Shown piece after piece: positions 1-10,703 of a stretch of 64,000 bases of DNA. The stretch comes from Dictyostelium discoideum (taxonomy: Eukaryota). The position numbers and the translations under genes were made by a program. How positions within the stretch are numbered: position 1 is the first letter of the stretch; each line of letters begins with the position of its first letter. The stretch lies in contig CM000152.2 in NCBI GenBank assembly GCA_000004695.1, forward strand, positions 5,664,001 through 5,728,000. Reading direction: 5' to 3'. Below the pieces are notes generated by a model. It was not told where the DNA came from. It ran no database searches and saw nothing but the letters and a program-made list of their open reading frames with translations.

Positions 1-215
1 AATAAATAACCAATTCAACAACAAATAATAAATAATAAATAAAATAAAAAAAAAAAAAGAATATAAAATTTATATTTTTTTTTTTTTAAAAAAAAGCAAT
101 AAATAAATAAAAAAAAATAAAAAAAAGAAATAATTAAAAATTACTTTTTACCTTTTTTAAAAATTAATTAATAGTATTTTTTAGTTTTTTTTTTTTTATT
201 ATTTTTTTATTATTT

Positions 216-1670
216 TTAAAGTCTTTTTTTAATAATGAAATTATTAATTGGTGGTTGATAAGCAATACCAAAAGAACCTATATCATTTAATGGTTCTAAA
301 GTTGGATTAATAAATTGATAACGATTTATTAAAGTTGCTAAAACTGTAAAAATTTCACAATCTGCCAATGATTTACCAACACAATCTCTAACACCAGTAC
401 CAAAATGAACTAAATTTGTTTGACCACCACCAAACATATTATTTGAACCAGTTTCAATGAATCTTTCAGGTATAAATGATTTTGACATTGGAAATGTTTT
501 TTCACATAAATGAGTAGAGAAAACATTTTGAATGATTTGAGTACCTTTAGCTATTTTATAACCTTCAATTTCAACATCTTCACTTGTAATATGTGGTAAA
601 CCTATTAAAATAACAGAATATAATCTATAAACTTCTTTCATAACTAATGAAAGATATGGTATTGATGAACGATATAAACTATGTCTAATTACAATTTCAT
701 CATGACCATCGTCACTTTTTTTAAGATTATTTTTAATTTCATTAAAAAGCTTTTCTTGACAATTTGAATTATTTACAAGAGCAATTAATGTAAAAATTGT
801 TGAATTTGAAGTTGAATCTACACCAGCTAAAAAAACATCAACACATGTACTAACAACACTAGTCCAACTAATTTTACCATTATGATATTCTTTTAATAAT
901 TTACCAATTATTGTTCCATCATCATCATCATCATCATCTTCATTTTGTTGTTGTTTCTGTTGTTTTTGTAGTTGTTTATTATTTTTATAATTTTCAATTA
1001 ATTTATTTAAATGATCACATAAAATTGGATAAAATTTAAAAAATTTGTTTTGTTTATAAAATGGTTTTAAAATTGGAATAAAGTCAGACATAATTGGATT
1101 ACCACCATAATGTAAAAATTCGATAATAACATCTACAATATCTTGATTACTTTTGTCTTGATATGAATTATTTATAGTACCAAATAGAAAACGTAATATT
1201 ATATTTAAGGAAAATAATTTAAAATACATATTTAATGAAAATGGTAAACCATCTTGACAATGTTTATCTAATTGTTTACAAAGATTTTCACATTCTAAAA
1301 CTATATGATTTTCCATTTTTTTTATTTTATTAGATGTGATTTCTGTTAAAATTAATTTTTTTAATGTTGAATGAATTTCATCATTTGATCCAATTAAATT
1401 TTTACATCCATTGGCCTCAAATCTACTCAAATGTTGAAATCTTGGTGCAAATATTTGAGAATTTTCAATAAATGCTTTTTTAAATATTGGATAGCCAGTG
1501 AAAACAACTGTTTCAATATTACCTAATCTTATTGAATAAATTACTCCATACTTTTCATACCATTTTTGAAATTGAATATGTGGATCCTTATTAATTTGAA
1601 GTAAATTTCCAAAAATTGGTAATCTAATTGGTCCTGGTATTTTTGAATTAATTTTACTAATTCTATTATT
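216..1670 (-). CDS. cytochrome P450 (main exon; start/membrane-anchor exon upstream not resolved)
   Basis: ORF 216..1430 continues in frame to ~1670 (KIKNNRISKINSKIPGPIRLPIFGNL proline hinge) where an in-frame stop implies an upstream spliced exon. Heme-binding loop FGTGVRDCVGK (FxxGxRxCxG) and a PERF-like FIPERF motif are present. Confidence 0.85.
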   Translation of the reverse strand, partial: NNRISKINSKIPGPIRLPIFGNLLQINKDPHIQFQKWYEKYGVIYSIRLGNIETVVFTGYPIFKKAFIENSQIFAPRFQHLSRFEANGCKNLIGSNDEIHSTLKKLILTEITSNKIKKMENHIVLECENLCKQLDKHCQDGLPFSLNMYFKLFSLNIILRFLFGTINNSYQDKSNQDIVDVIIEFLHYGGNPIMSDFIPILKPFYKQNKFFKFYPILCDHLNKLIENYKNNKQLQKQQKQQQNEDDDDDDDGTIIGKLLKEYHNGKISWTSVVSTCVDVFLAGVDSTSNSTIFTLIALVNNSNCQEKLFNEIKNNLKKSDDGHDEIVIRHSLYRSSIPYLSLVMKEVYRLYSVILIGLPHITSEDVEIEGYKIAKGTQIIQNVFSTHLCEKTFPMSKSFIPERFIETGSNNMFGGGQTNLVHFGTGVRDCVGKSLADCEIFTVLATLINRYQFINPTLEPLNDIGSFGIAYQPPINNFIIKKRL

Positions 1671-1961
1671 CTTTATTTTTTAAAATAATAATTAATAATA
1701 GTAATGATAGTAACAATAAATAATAATAAATAATATTTTTTTTTTTTTTTTTTTTTTTTAATATTGAATTTATTACATTTTTAAAAAAAATTATTAATGA
1801 TATTATTAATATTAAAATTGAAATATATAAATTCATTTTTTTTTTTTTTTTATTATATATTTAAATTCAATAAATAATATATGATTAATTTAAAAAAAAG
1901 AATTTATAGAAATGAACAAGAAAAAAAAATTAAATAAAAAATAAAAAAAAAAATAAATAAT

Positions 1962-1995
<34 letters not shown>

Positions 1996-2462
1996 TGGGG
2001 AGATAGAAGGGTTTATTTTATACATGATAACATTTATTACCTTAAATGGAATTATTTTTTAAAAATTTTAATTGGTAGTTTAATTTTTTTTTTTTTTTTT
2101 ATGTTAATGAATAATTATGAATTAAATAATTTTTAAATTTGTTTTTTTTAGATTTTTTTTTTTTTTTTTTATTATTTTTTTTATTTGAATGAAATGGCAT
2201 AAAAAAAAAAAAGTTATAAGACAATTTTCACTAAATTACTCTTCTTTAAAACATTTTTTTTTGTTTATTTAATTAATTTATTTTTAAAAAGTTATTTGAT
2301 TGAATATTAAATAACAATTAACTTGTTTGCGCCAAAATTTTTTTTTTTATTTTTTTAATTTTTGTTATCCTATTTTTAACTTTTATTTTTTTTTATTTTT
2401 TTTTTATTTTTATTTTTTTACTTTTTCTATTTTTTTTTAATTTTTTTTTTTTAACTCCCGCG

Positions 2463-2894
2463 ATGGAAAGAATTCTTTCCATTTCTTTAACACCTGCAAT
2501 GGAAAGAATTCTTTCACTTGAGCAAGAAGCTCAATTAATTCAATGGATTGAAGAAGAGATTGATCTAAACCAAACAGTCACAAAAGATCGTATTAAAAAA
2601 CGTGTTTGCACTATGTTCACTGAAAGAGTTGGCAAACCACGTGATTCTGTTAGTGATGACTGGTGGCTCAATTTTCGTAATCGACATCCAGAGATTAAAT
2701 TAAAGTTAGTGAAATTCCAAGACCTTAAACGTCCAGATGCCGCTAAAACTCTCGATAAAGCTGGTTTTTGGGAGCGTGCATGGGAAATTATAGAAAGAAA
2801 TCGTATTAAACCACAAAATGTGGTTAATATCGATGAAAAGGGTATATTATTTACAAAATCAAATTTCAAGGTAATATTTACATATAAATATTAA
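2463..2894 (+). mobile_element. pogo/Tc1-like DNA transposase fragment (CENP-B/Tc5-type HTH plus start of DDE domain)
   Basis: ORF encodes LSLEQEAQLIQWIEEE...DDWWLNFRNRHPEIKL (HTH_Tnp_Tc5-like) followed by NVVNIDEKGIL (start of the DDE_1 catalytic domain), then truncates. Confidence 0.55.
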
Positions 2895-2904
2895 AATTAA
2901 TTGC

Positions 2905-3070
2905 AACACCACCCGAATTGAGGGAACGACTAATAGCACTTCTTGAAATACCAAAGAGATTTGCAATTTCTTGTTGAGTGGAACTATTGTCTTTCTGTGT
3001 ATACATTTTCACAGCGGCTGTCAGATTTACTCCTGAAAGAATTGAACAAATGTCAAATTCTATTTAAAAA
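2905..3070 (-). mobile_element. transposase N-terminal HTH (psq/CENP-B-like) fragment, inverted relative to the adjacent fragment
   Basis: Minus-strand translation LSGVNLTAAVKMYTQKDNSSTQQEIANLFGISRSAISRSLN matches the N-terminal DNA-binding HTH of pogo-like transposases. Confidence 0.45.
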
Positions 3071-4013
3071 TAAAATGTTTTTTTTTATTTATTATTTGCA
3101 CAGTTGTAATATTATAAATATATTAAAATGAAAAAAAAATAAAAAATTTGCCATTTTAAGTTGTCCTTAGTTTGTCATTTATTGAAAAAAAAAATTAAAA
3201 AAAAAATTATTTAATCTGCAATCTATAAAAAATTTCAAAAAAACACAAACGTGCAAAACAGGGCGGGTGTAATTTTTTTTTTTCTCAACTATTGGAATTG
3301 CCATATCTCCTATATTCAGATTAACAAGAAATAAAAAAAATTTAAGTGTTGTTAAATAAATATTTTTTTTTTTTTTTTTTTTTTTAAAAAATTTGTTTGT
3401 TATTTAAAATTTTATTATCATCTTCATTAACATTGTTTTTAATTAATTAATCTGAAAACTATATGATTTAAGTTCGTAATATGCTATTTTTTTTTTTTTA
3501 AATCTTTTTCAAGTTTTTTATTATTTTTCTTTTCTTTTTTTTTTTTCTTTTTTTTTCTTATTTTTAAATTATTTTTTTTTTTTTTTTTTTTTTTTTAGAT
3601 ATTTGACTCTATTTTTATTATTGGTTAGAGAAAACAATTTAACATAAAATTTTTTAATTAATATTAATTTCAGATAAAAAAGAAAAAAAAAAAATGTTCA
3701 CAGAAGTTATTGTATTATTTATTTTTTTATTTTATTATTTTCATTATTAAAACTTTTTTTTTCTTGTTTATTTATTTTTTTATTATTTTTTTTCCAATTC
3801 TATTATTATAAAACTCCTTTTTATTATATTTTTGTGTACCTTAATAATAAATCACATACATTTACACAAACATACAATTTAATTAAAAAAATTGGTCAAA
3901 AAAAAAAAAAAAAAAATGATCACATTCATTCCATTTAACTATTTCCAAGAAAAAAAAGGAAAATTTTGTTTATTTATTTAGTTATTTTTTTATTTTTTTA
4001 TATAAATATAAAT

Positions 4014-5465
4014 TTATTTTCTTTTTTTAATAATAAAATAATTATCAGGTGATTGATTTGCTAAACCAATTATACCATTTTCATTTAATGGTTTTGAAAG
4101 AACAGGATTTAAAAATTGATATCTATTAATAAGTGTTCCTAATACTGTAAATAATTCACAATCAACAACATTTTTACCAATACAATCTCTACTACCTGCA
4201 CCAAATTGTACTAAATTTGTTGTACCACCACCAAACATAAAATTATTACCACTATCTGAAAATCTTTCAGGATTAAAATCATTTGGTGATTTAAAGAAAT
4301 CTTTTGATTTATGAGATAAGAAAATATTTTTAAATACTTGAGTACCTTTTGAAATTTTATAACCATTTATTTCCATATCTTGAGTTGTAATAATTGGTAA
4401 ACCTAATAAAGCAACTGGAAAATTTCTATAAGTTTCTTTCATTACCATTGAAAGATATGGTATTGATAAACGATATAAACTATGTTTTAAAATAATTAAA
4501 TCATCAATATTATTATTATTATTATTTTTTAATAATTCATTTTTAATTTCATTATAAAGTTTTTCTTGACAATTTGGATTATTAATTAATGCAATTAATG
4601 AAAAATTTAATGAATCTGAAACAGTATCAGTACCACCAACAGTTAAATCAACACAAGTACCAACTAAATTATCCCATGTTATTTTACCATTTTTAAATTC
4701 TTTAAATAATTTTAAAAATATTGTTATATTATTTTCATCATTATCATCATCATAATTATTTTCAATGAATTTTAATTTTAAATTATTTATAATATTTTCA
4801 ATTAAAATTATTAATTTTTTATAAATTTTTAAAAATTTATTTTGATTAATATTTTCAAAATATTTTACTAATGGTATAAAATCAGAAATTATTGGATCAC
4901 CAGCACCTTCAACTAATTCAAGTATTAAATTTATAATTTCAATTATTTTTTCATTATCATATTGATAATTTAAACCAAATAAAAATCTAAATATAATATT
5001 TAATGAAAATAATTTACCATAAAATTTAAATTTAAATGGTAAACCAGATTCACAATGGTTATCTAAATGTTTACATAGTTTTTCACATTCTAAAATTATA
5101 TAATTTTCTTGTTTTTTTAATTTTGTTAATGTCATTTCTGATAATATAATCTTTTTTAAATTTGAATGTGTTTCACCATTGGTAAATGTTAAATCTGAAC
5201 AATTATTAAATTGAATTTTACTACGATATTCATATCTTTTTTGAAAAACATTTGAATTATCAATAAATGATTTCTTTATAATTGGATAACCTGTTAAAAT
5301 TATTGTTTCAATATTACCCATTCTAATTCTATAAATTGGTCCATATTTTTTATACCATTTTTTAAAAACTTTATTTGGATTATTTTTTAATTGATGTAAA
5401 TTACCAATAATTGGTAAACCAATTGGTCCTGGTATTTTTGAATTAATTTTATTAATTCTATTTTT
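4014..5465 (-). CDS. cytochrome P450 paralog 2 (main exon)
   Basis: ORF 4014..5321 extends in frame to a (T)n-CAG acceptor at ~5466 (KNRINKINSKIPGPIGLPIIGNL). Heme loop FGAGSRDCIGKNVVDCE and PERF-like NPERF are present. A hydrophobic anchor-like segment (LILIIIIIILTLFIFEK) lies ~90 bp upstream but no in-frame ATG was found. Confidence 0.85.
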   Translation of the reverse strand, partial: KNRINKINSKIPGPIGLPIIGNLHQLKNNPNKVFKKWYKKYGPIYRIRMGNIETIILTGYPIIKKSFIDNSNVFQKRYEYRSKIQFNNCSDLTFTNGETHSNLKKIILSEMTLTKLKKQENYIILECEKLCKHLDNHCESGLPFKFKFYGKLFSLNIIFRFLFGLNYQYDNEKIIEIINLILELVEGAGDPIISDFIPLVKYFENINQNKFLKIYKKLIILIENIINNLKLKFIENNYDDDNDENNITIFLKLFKEFKNGKITWDNLVGTCVDLTVGGTDTVSDSLNFSLIALINNPNCQEKLYNEIKNELLKNNNNNNIDDLIILKHSLYRLSIPYLSMVMKETYRNFPVALLGLPIITTQDMEINGYKISKGTQVFKNIFLSHKSKDFFKSPNDFNPERFSDSGNNFMFGGGTTNLVQFGAGSRDCIGKNVVDCELFTVLGTLINRYQFLNPVLSKPLNENGIIGLANQSPDNYFIIKKRK

Positions 5466-5468
5466 CTG

Positions 5469-5512
<44 letters not shown>

Positions 5513-5659
5513 TTAAAAACTATAAAAATTTAAAAAAAAAAAAAAAAATTATTTTTTATTACTTTTTCAAATATAAATAAAGTTAAAATTATTATAATAA
5601 TAATTAAAATTAATTTCTTTTTTTTTTTTAAATTAATAACATAAAAAAATCAAAATTTT

Positions 5660-5694
<35 letters not shown>

Positions 5695-5713
5695 ATTTAT
5701 GAAAAAATTTAAC

Positions 5714-5744
<31 letters not shown>

Positions 5745-5799
5745 ATAATAAAATTAAATAAATTAAACCAATTTTTAATATTTTTATTTATTTTAACCC

Positions 5800-5833
<34 letters not shown>

Positions 5834-5990
5834 GTAAATCTATATCTAAAATTATAAATAAACCACTAACCTACTATTTAAATTAATTTTTTATTTATTT
5901 TCTTTTTTTAATTAAAAATTTAACATTTGGTGGATGAAGAATAAGACTTAATTTACCTTTATCATTTAAAGGTATTGAAGGTTTTGGATT

Positions 5991-6383
5991 TTAAAATTCA
6001 TATCTATTAATTAGAGTTGCTAATAATGTAAAAATTTCACTGGTTGCTAAAGATTTACCAATACAATCTCTATTTCCAAGACCAAATTGTACCATATTTG
6101 TATCACCACAACCATAAATAAATTTATTACCACTTTCAATATTTCTTTCAGGTATAAAATGATTTGGTAATTTAAAAAAATCTTCATGTCTATGTGATTG
6201 ATAAAAATTTTTAATAATTTGAGTACCTTTTTTAATTTTAAAACCATCAATTTCAATATCATTATCTATTAAAACTGGTAAACCTAATACACCAACAGGA
6301 TATAATCTATAAACTTCTTTCATAATCATTGAAGGGTAAGTAATTGATGAACTATAATTACTATTTTTAATAATTAATAAATC

Positions 6384-6426
<43 letters not shown>

Positions 6427-6465
6427 TTATTATTTTTATTATTATTATTATTATTTAGAGATTCT

Positions 6466-6560
<95 letters not shown>

Positions 6561-7251
6561 TAGAGATTCTTCATTATTATTATTATTATTAAAAGATTCC
6601 TCACTACTATTATTATTAATTAATGATTTTTGAATTTCATTATAAAGTTTTTCTTGACAACTTTGATTATTTGTTCATAGAATTAATGAAAATATAAGTG
6701 TATCACTACTTGTATCCGTACCACCAATACAAAGATCACAAATATATTATCCCAATTTAATAAACCATTATTAAATTCATCTAATAATTTCACAACTATT
6801 GATTGATTTTTATTTTTATCAATTATACCATTTTCAATTTGATTTTCCAAATAGTAAACAAAGAATTATATATAATGAAAAATGTTTTAAAAAATCATAA
6901 ATTGATATACCATCACCAAGATGTAGAATTGATTCATCATTTATTGTTTTATCAATATTATTACATAATTTTTCAACTTGTAATAAAATATAATTTTCAA
7001 TTATTTTAACTTTTGTTTAAGTTAATTCTGAATGAATTATTTTTCTTAATAATTTATATTGTTCACCATTACATATTAATAAATTTGAATTATTATTCAT
7101 TTTAATTTTACTTGAAAATTGATATCTATTTGAAAAAATTGTTGGATAATCTTTAATTGATCTTTTCATAATTGGATAACCAGTTAAAACTACAGTTTCA
7201 ATAGATCCAAGTTTAATTTTATAAATTGGACCAAATTTTTCATACCATAAC

Positions 7252-7260
<9 letters not shown>
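5991..7260 (-). pseudogene. cytochrome P450 paralog 3, decayed (in-frame stops, frameshifts, internal microsatellite)
   Basis: The C-terminal ORF 5991..6329 keeps FGLGNRDCIGKSLATSE. Upstream homologous segments carry in-frame TGA/TAA where paralogs have LIALINNPNCQEKL and SEMTLTKLK (here LIL*TNNQSCQEKL and SELT*TKVK), plus frame breaks and a ~200-bp (AAT)n block. Confidence 0.7.
6388..6592. repeat. (ATT)n/(AAT)n microsatellite inside P450 pseudogene
   Basis: Near-perfect trinucleotide array with two 'tagagattcttca' interruptions. Confidence 0.9.
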
Positions 7261-7298
<38 letters not shown>

Positions 7299-8054
7299 AA
7301 ATTGAATTACTTTTTTTTATTATATTTCAAAAAGTGGTCAATATCTATATTTGAATCTATACTTCAATAAATTAATATATTTATTATTTAAATAAAACAG
7401 TTTTAAAACCTCTTTTCCCAAACTATTGGTGGTTTTAAAAAAAAAAAAAAAAAAAAAATTAATTTTTTTTTTAATTTTATTTTCCCACTAAGACTTTTTT
7501 TTGAAAATAATAAATAATTAATAATTTGAGAGATAAAAATCTATTGATATAAGGGAATTATAGATTTTGATATAGGGTTTTATTTTTTTTTATTTTTTTT
7601 TTTTTTTTTTATTTTTTTTTTTTATATAAAATTAAATTATATATTTTTTAATATTAATGGTTTAGAATATCAAACCTATTTTAAGAGGCAAAGTAATTAT
7701 GAAATATATAATTTCATAATTACTCATCATGATATTTGCCAAACTCTTCCCAAATTTAATGTGATGGCAATATTGATCATAATAAATAAAGGAACATACA
7801 ATTAAAAAAAAAACATTAGTTTAATATTTTTTTAAACCAAATTGATAATCATAGTTTATCAACATTAAAGCAAGTAAACTATAATTAATAGTTTTATATA
7901 TGAATTTTAATGTATACAAACACACGAATGTTGCAAATCTTGAATCAAAATATATAAAACTAAAAAATTATTATTATAATTGTTGTTTGGTTATTTCTTT
8001 ATTTCTAAACATATACTCAATTAATAACTAATAAATTGTAGAAATAAAAGAAAA

Positions 8055-8200
8055 TTGTTGTAGGGAATTTTCAATAAAATTTCACTACAGTAGCGTAGTG
8101 AATTTTATTATTTAATTTCACTACAGTAGCGTAGTGAAAAAAAAAAATCACTGACCCTAAATTTTTTTTTTTTCAAAAAACAAATAAAGTTTATTAAATT
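8055..8200. repeat. left terminal inverted repeat
   Basis: Matches the reverse complement of 13035..13180 over ~145 bp with 1-2 mismatches. Confidence 0.85.
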
Positions 8201-8332
8201 ATTATCTTTTATTTGATTATTAGTTCTATATAAGTTTTTTTATTTTTTTTTTTTTTTATTTTATTTTTTTTTTTTTTTATTTTATTTTTTTTTTTTTTTT
8301 TGCGCCAAAACTTTTTTTTTTTTTCCCCAACA

Positions 8333-8367
<35 letters not shown>

Positions 8368-8586
8368 TTTCATTTTCCCAAAATGAAACAAGATAAAATA
8401 AATGAAATTATAAATTATTTAAAATTTATTGAAGATAATAATTTTGAAAATACTAAACATAAAAATTATAAATTTTTACATGATGAGTAAATATTTTTCC
8501 TTACAATAACACAATCATTTTTTAAATTCTGACCAATAAAAAACAGAAACAGAAAAGAAAAATTATTTAGAATTGAAAAAAAAGTC

Positions 8587-10703
8587 ATGAATTGTGGCGG
8601 AGATAGAAATATATCAAAAGAAGTGTGTTTAGAAGTAATTAATGATTATAGAATGGTATCACTCTGGGAAGAAATGCATAAAGGTCATATAGGAAGAGAT
8701 GCAACCTATGGGAACTACAAGACTAAATATTATAATATGGGATTGTATTCTTTTGTATCTGATGCAGTAGATACGTGTGACATTTGCCAACGAAATAGAA
8801 TAAAAGGTTTGGTATCAATCATTTTTATATGATGTTTTGTAACTTTTATATTAAAACTCTTTTAATAATTTAAATAAATTAATAGGTATAACAAAGGATT
8901 TTGCTCCAATTGTAGATACCGAGGAATACTCAAGATTGGTTTATGATTTAACATCAATTAAAGGTGAACATAAAGAAAAAGTTACATACGATGATGATAA
9001 TGAAAAGATACTAACTAAACTAGATGATCTTATCCAATATGACTCTGTACAACCGTACGACACCGATGTTGTTTACATTATTCTATGCATAGATTCTTTT
9101 ACAAAATTTGCTACTGGAAGGTATTTATTTTTTATTTATTAATTTATTAGTTTTCTTTTTTTATTTTAATTATCATTTATTTTTTAGATGTTTGACAACA
9201 AAGAGAACAGTTCCCATATACAATTTTTTGGCTCTCACGTACTTTGGCAAACCTGTGAAAGTATGGCACTGCGATAATGGACGTGAATTTAAAAACAAAG
9301 TCCAAAAAGAATTCCTAAAACTTTTTCCAGGCTCCAAGTCAGCACATGGAGCTCCTCGTACACCAACAACTCAAGGTATGGTAGAAAGATTGAATCGAAC
9401 TATCAAGGAGAGGATCTCAAAATTAAAACAACAAGAGTATGATATTGTGAACAATATAAATTATCGATATGTTTATTAATTAATCATTTATAAATAAATT
9501 TTAGTTTTCTTGATGGTACTTCTAGGTCTCTTTCTGAACTATTAAAACAAGCTTTGTATGATTACAATAATACAAAAACAAGAACAATTAAAATGACACC
9601 ATCTCAAGCTGTTGGTATTGTTCCTTTGTTTATTAATGTTCAATCAGAACAAGACTCTCAATCAATTGGTGTTTCAGATGTTTCAAAAGAAGAAAGAACA
9701 GCTATTATTCTTGAAAATCTCACAAGTTACCAAAATCAATGGAATTCAAAACCACCAAAGGGATTGAAAGTTGGTGATACTGTACTCTTTCTAGAAATTA
9801 AAAAAAATAATGTAAGTAATTAAAACATAAAGATTAATAATATATGAAACAGTAATAATTAACAAATTTTATATTTAATTCTAATAGAAAATATTGATTT
9901 TGTGTAAAATTCATAAGGTAATACAGGAAGACACTAAACAACTTTATAAACTTGAATTTTTGGAAGATGGAATCAATAGCCTTCAAAAAAAAGGTTTATA
10001 CTCTGGTTTTGTAGGAGGTAACAAGTTGGTTCTTTATAAACAATCAACAGTTGATATTTTTAGAACATCGCCAAACATACAAAAAGATATTGATTCTTTT
10101 ACTTCTGGTCTTTATTTAAATAATGATGGGAAAGTTATTGAATTTCTGGTTCAGTTTATTAAAAATCTTGGTAAGGATTTATCCAATTTCAACTTGCATC
10201 AATTGGTAACACAAAATGATCCATTTAGGGTTTTGGAAGATGCTCTTAACAATCCATCAAATATTCCACCTATCATTAACGATAATCCATTTCAACACAA
10301 ACTCAATAATGAAATGGAACAAGAAGAAATACTCCCATTTTTAAATAATAATCCAACAGCGCCAAATTTAATGAATTGTTTGAGAAAGGATATGAATTTA
10401 AAAGAAATAGTACCACCAATACCTCAAGTGCAAATAATACCATCGTATACTATACCACAATCTGGTAGTGGTATAGTAACAACTGTTAAACGTCTCAGAG
10501 GCCGTCCTCATAAGATACCAATTGTTAATAAACCTCCTTTAAAATCACATTCTAAACCATCCAAATCACCTCTCAAATCACCATCCATTTCACCTTCCAA
10601 TTCACCATTTAAATCACCATTTAAATCACCTTCCAAATCACCATTTAAATCACCTCACAGCAAAGAAAAATGCACCTTTAAAGCAAATTTAAAGAAAAGT
10701 TGA
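8587..10703 (+). CDS. integrase-type transposase (HHCC zinc finger, rve DDE core, SH3-like GDTVLF, AT-hook/SPKK tail), 5 exons
   Basis: Proposed join 8587..8806, 8886..9120, 9188..9436, 9505..9811, 9888..10703. Motifs: HKGH...CDIC (HHCC); LCIDSFT (first D); WHCDNGREF (second D); QGMVERLNRTIKE (E); GDTVLFLEIKK; RGRPHK AT-hook then (SPxK)n repeats. Exon phases are consistent. Confidence 0.75.

Noticed and set aside
8209-8391. Poly-Lys ORF on the minus strand
   Set aside because: Translation of poly(A)/poly(T) tracts next to the transposon TIR, not a gene.
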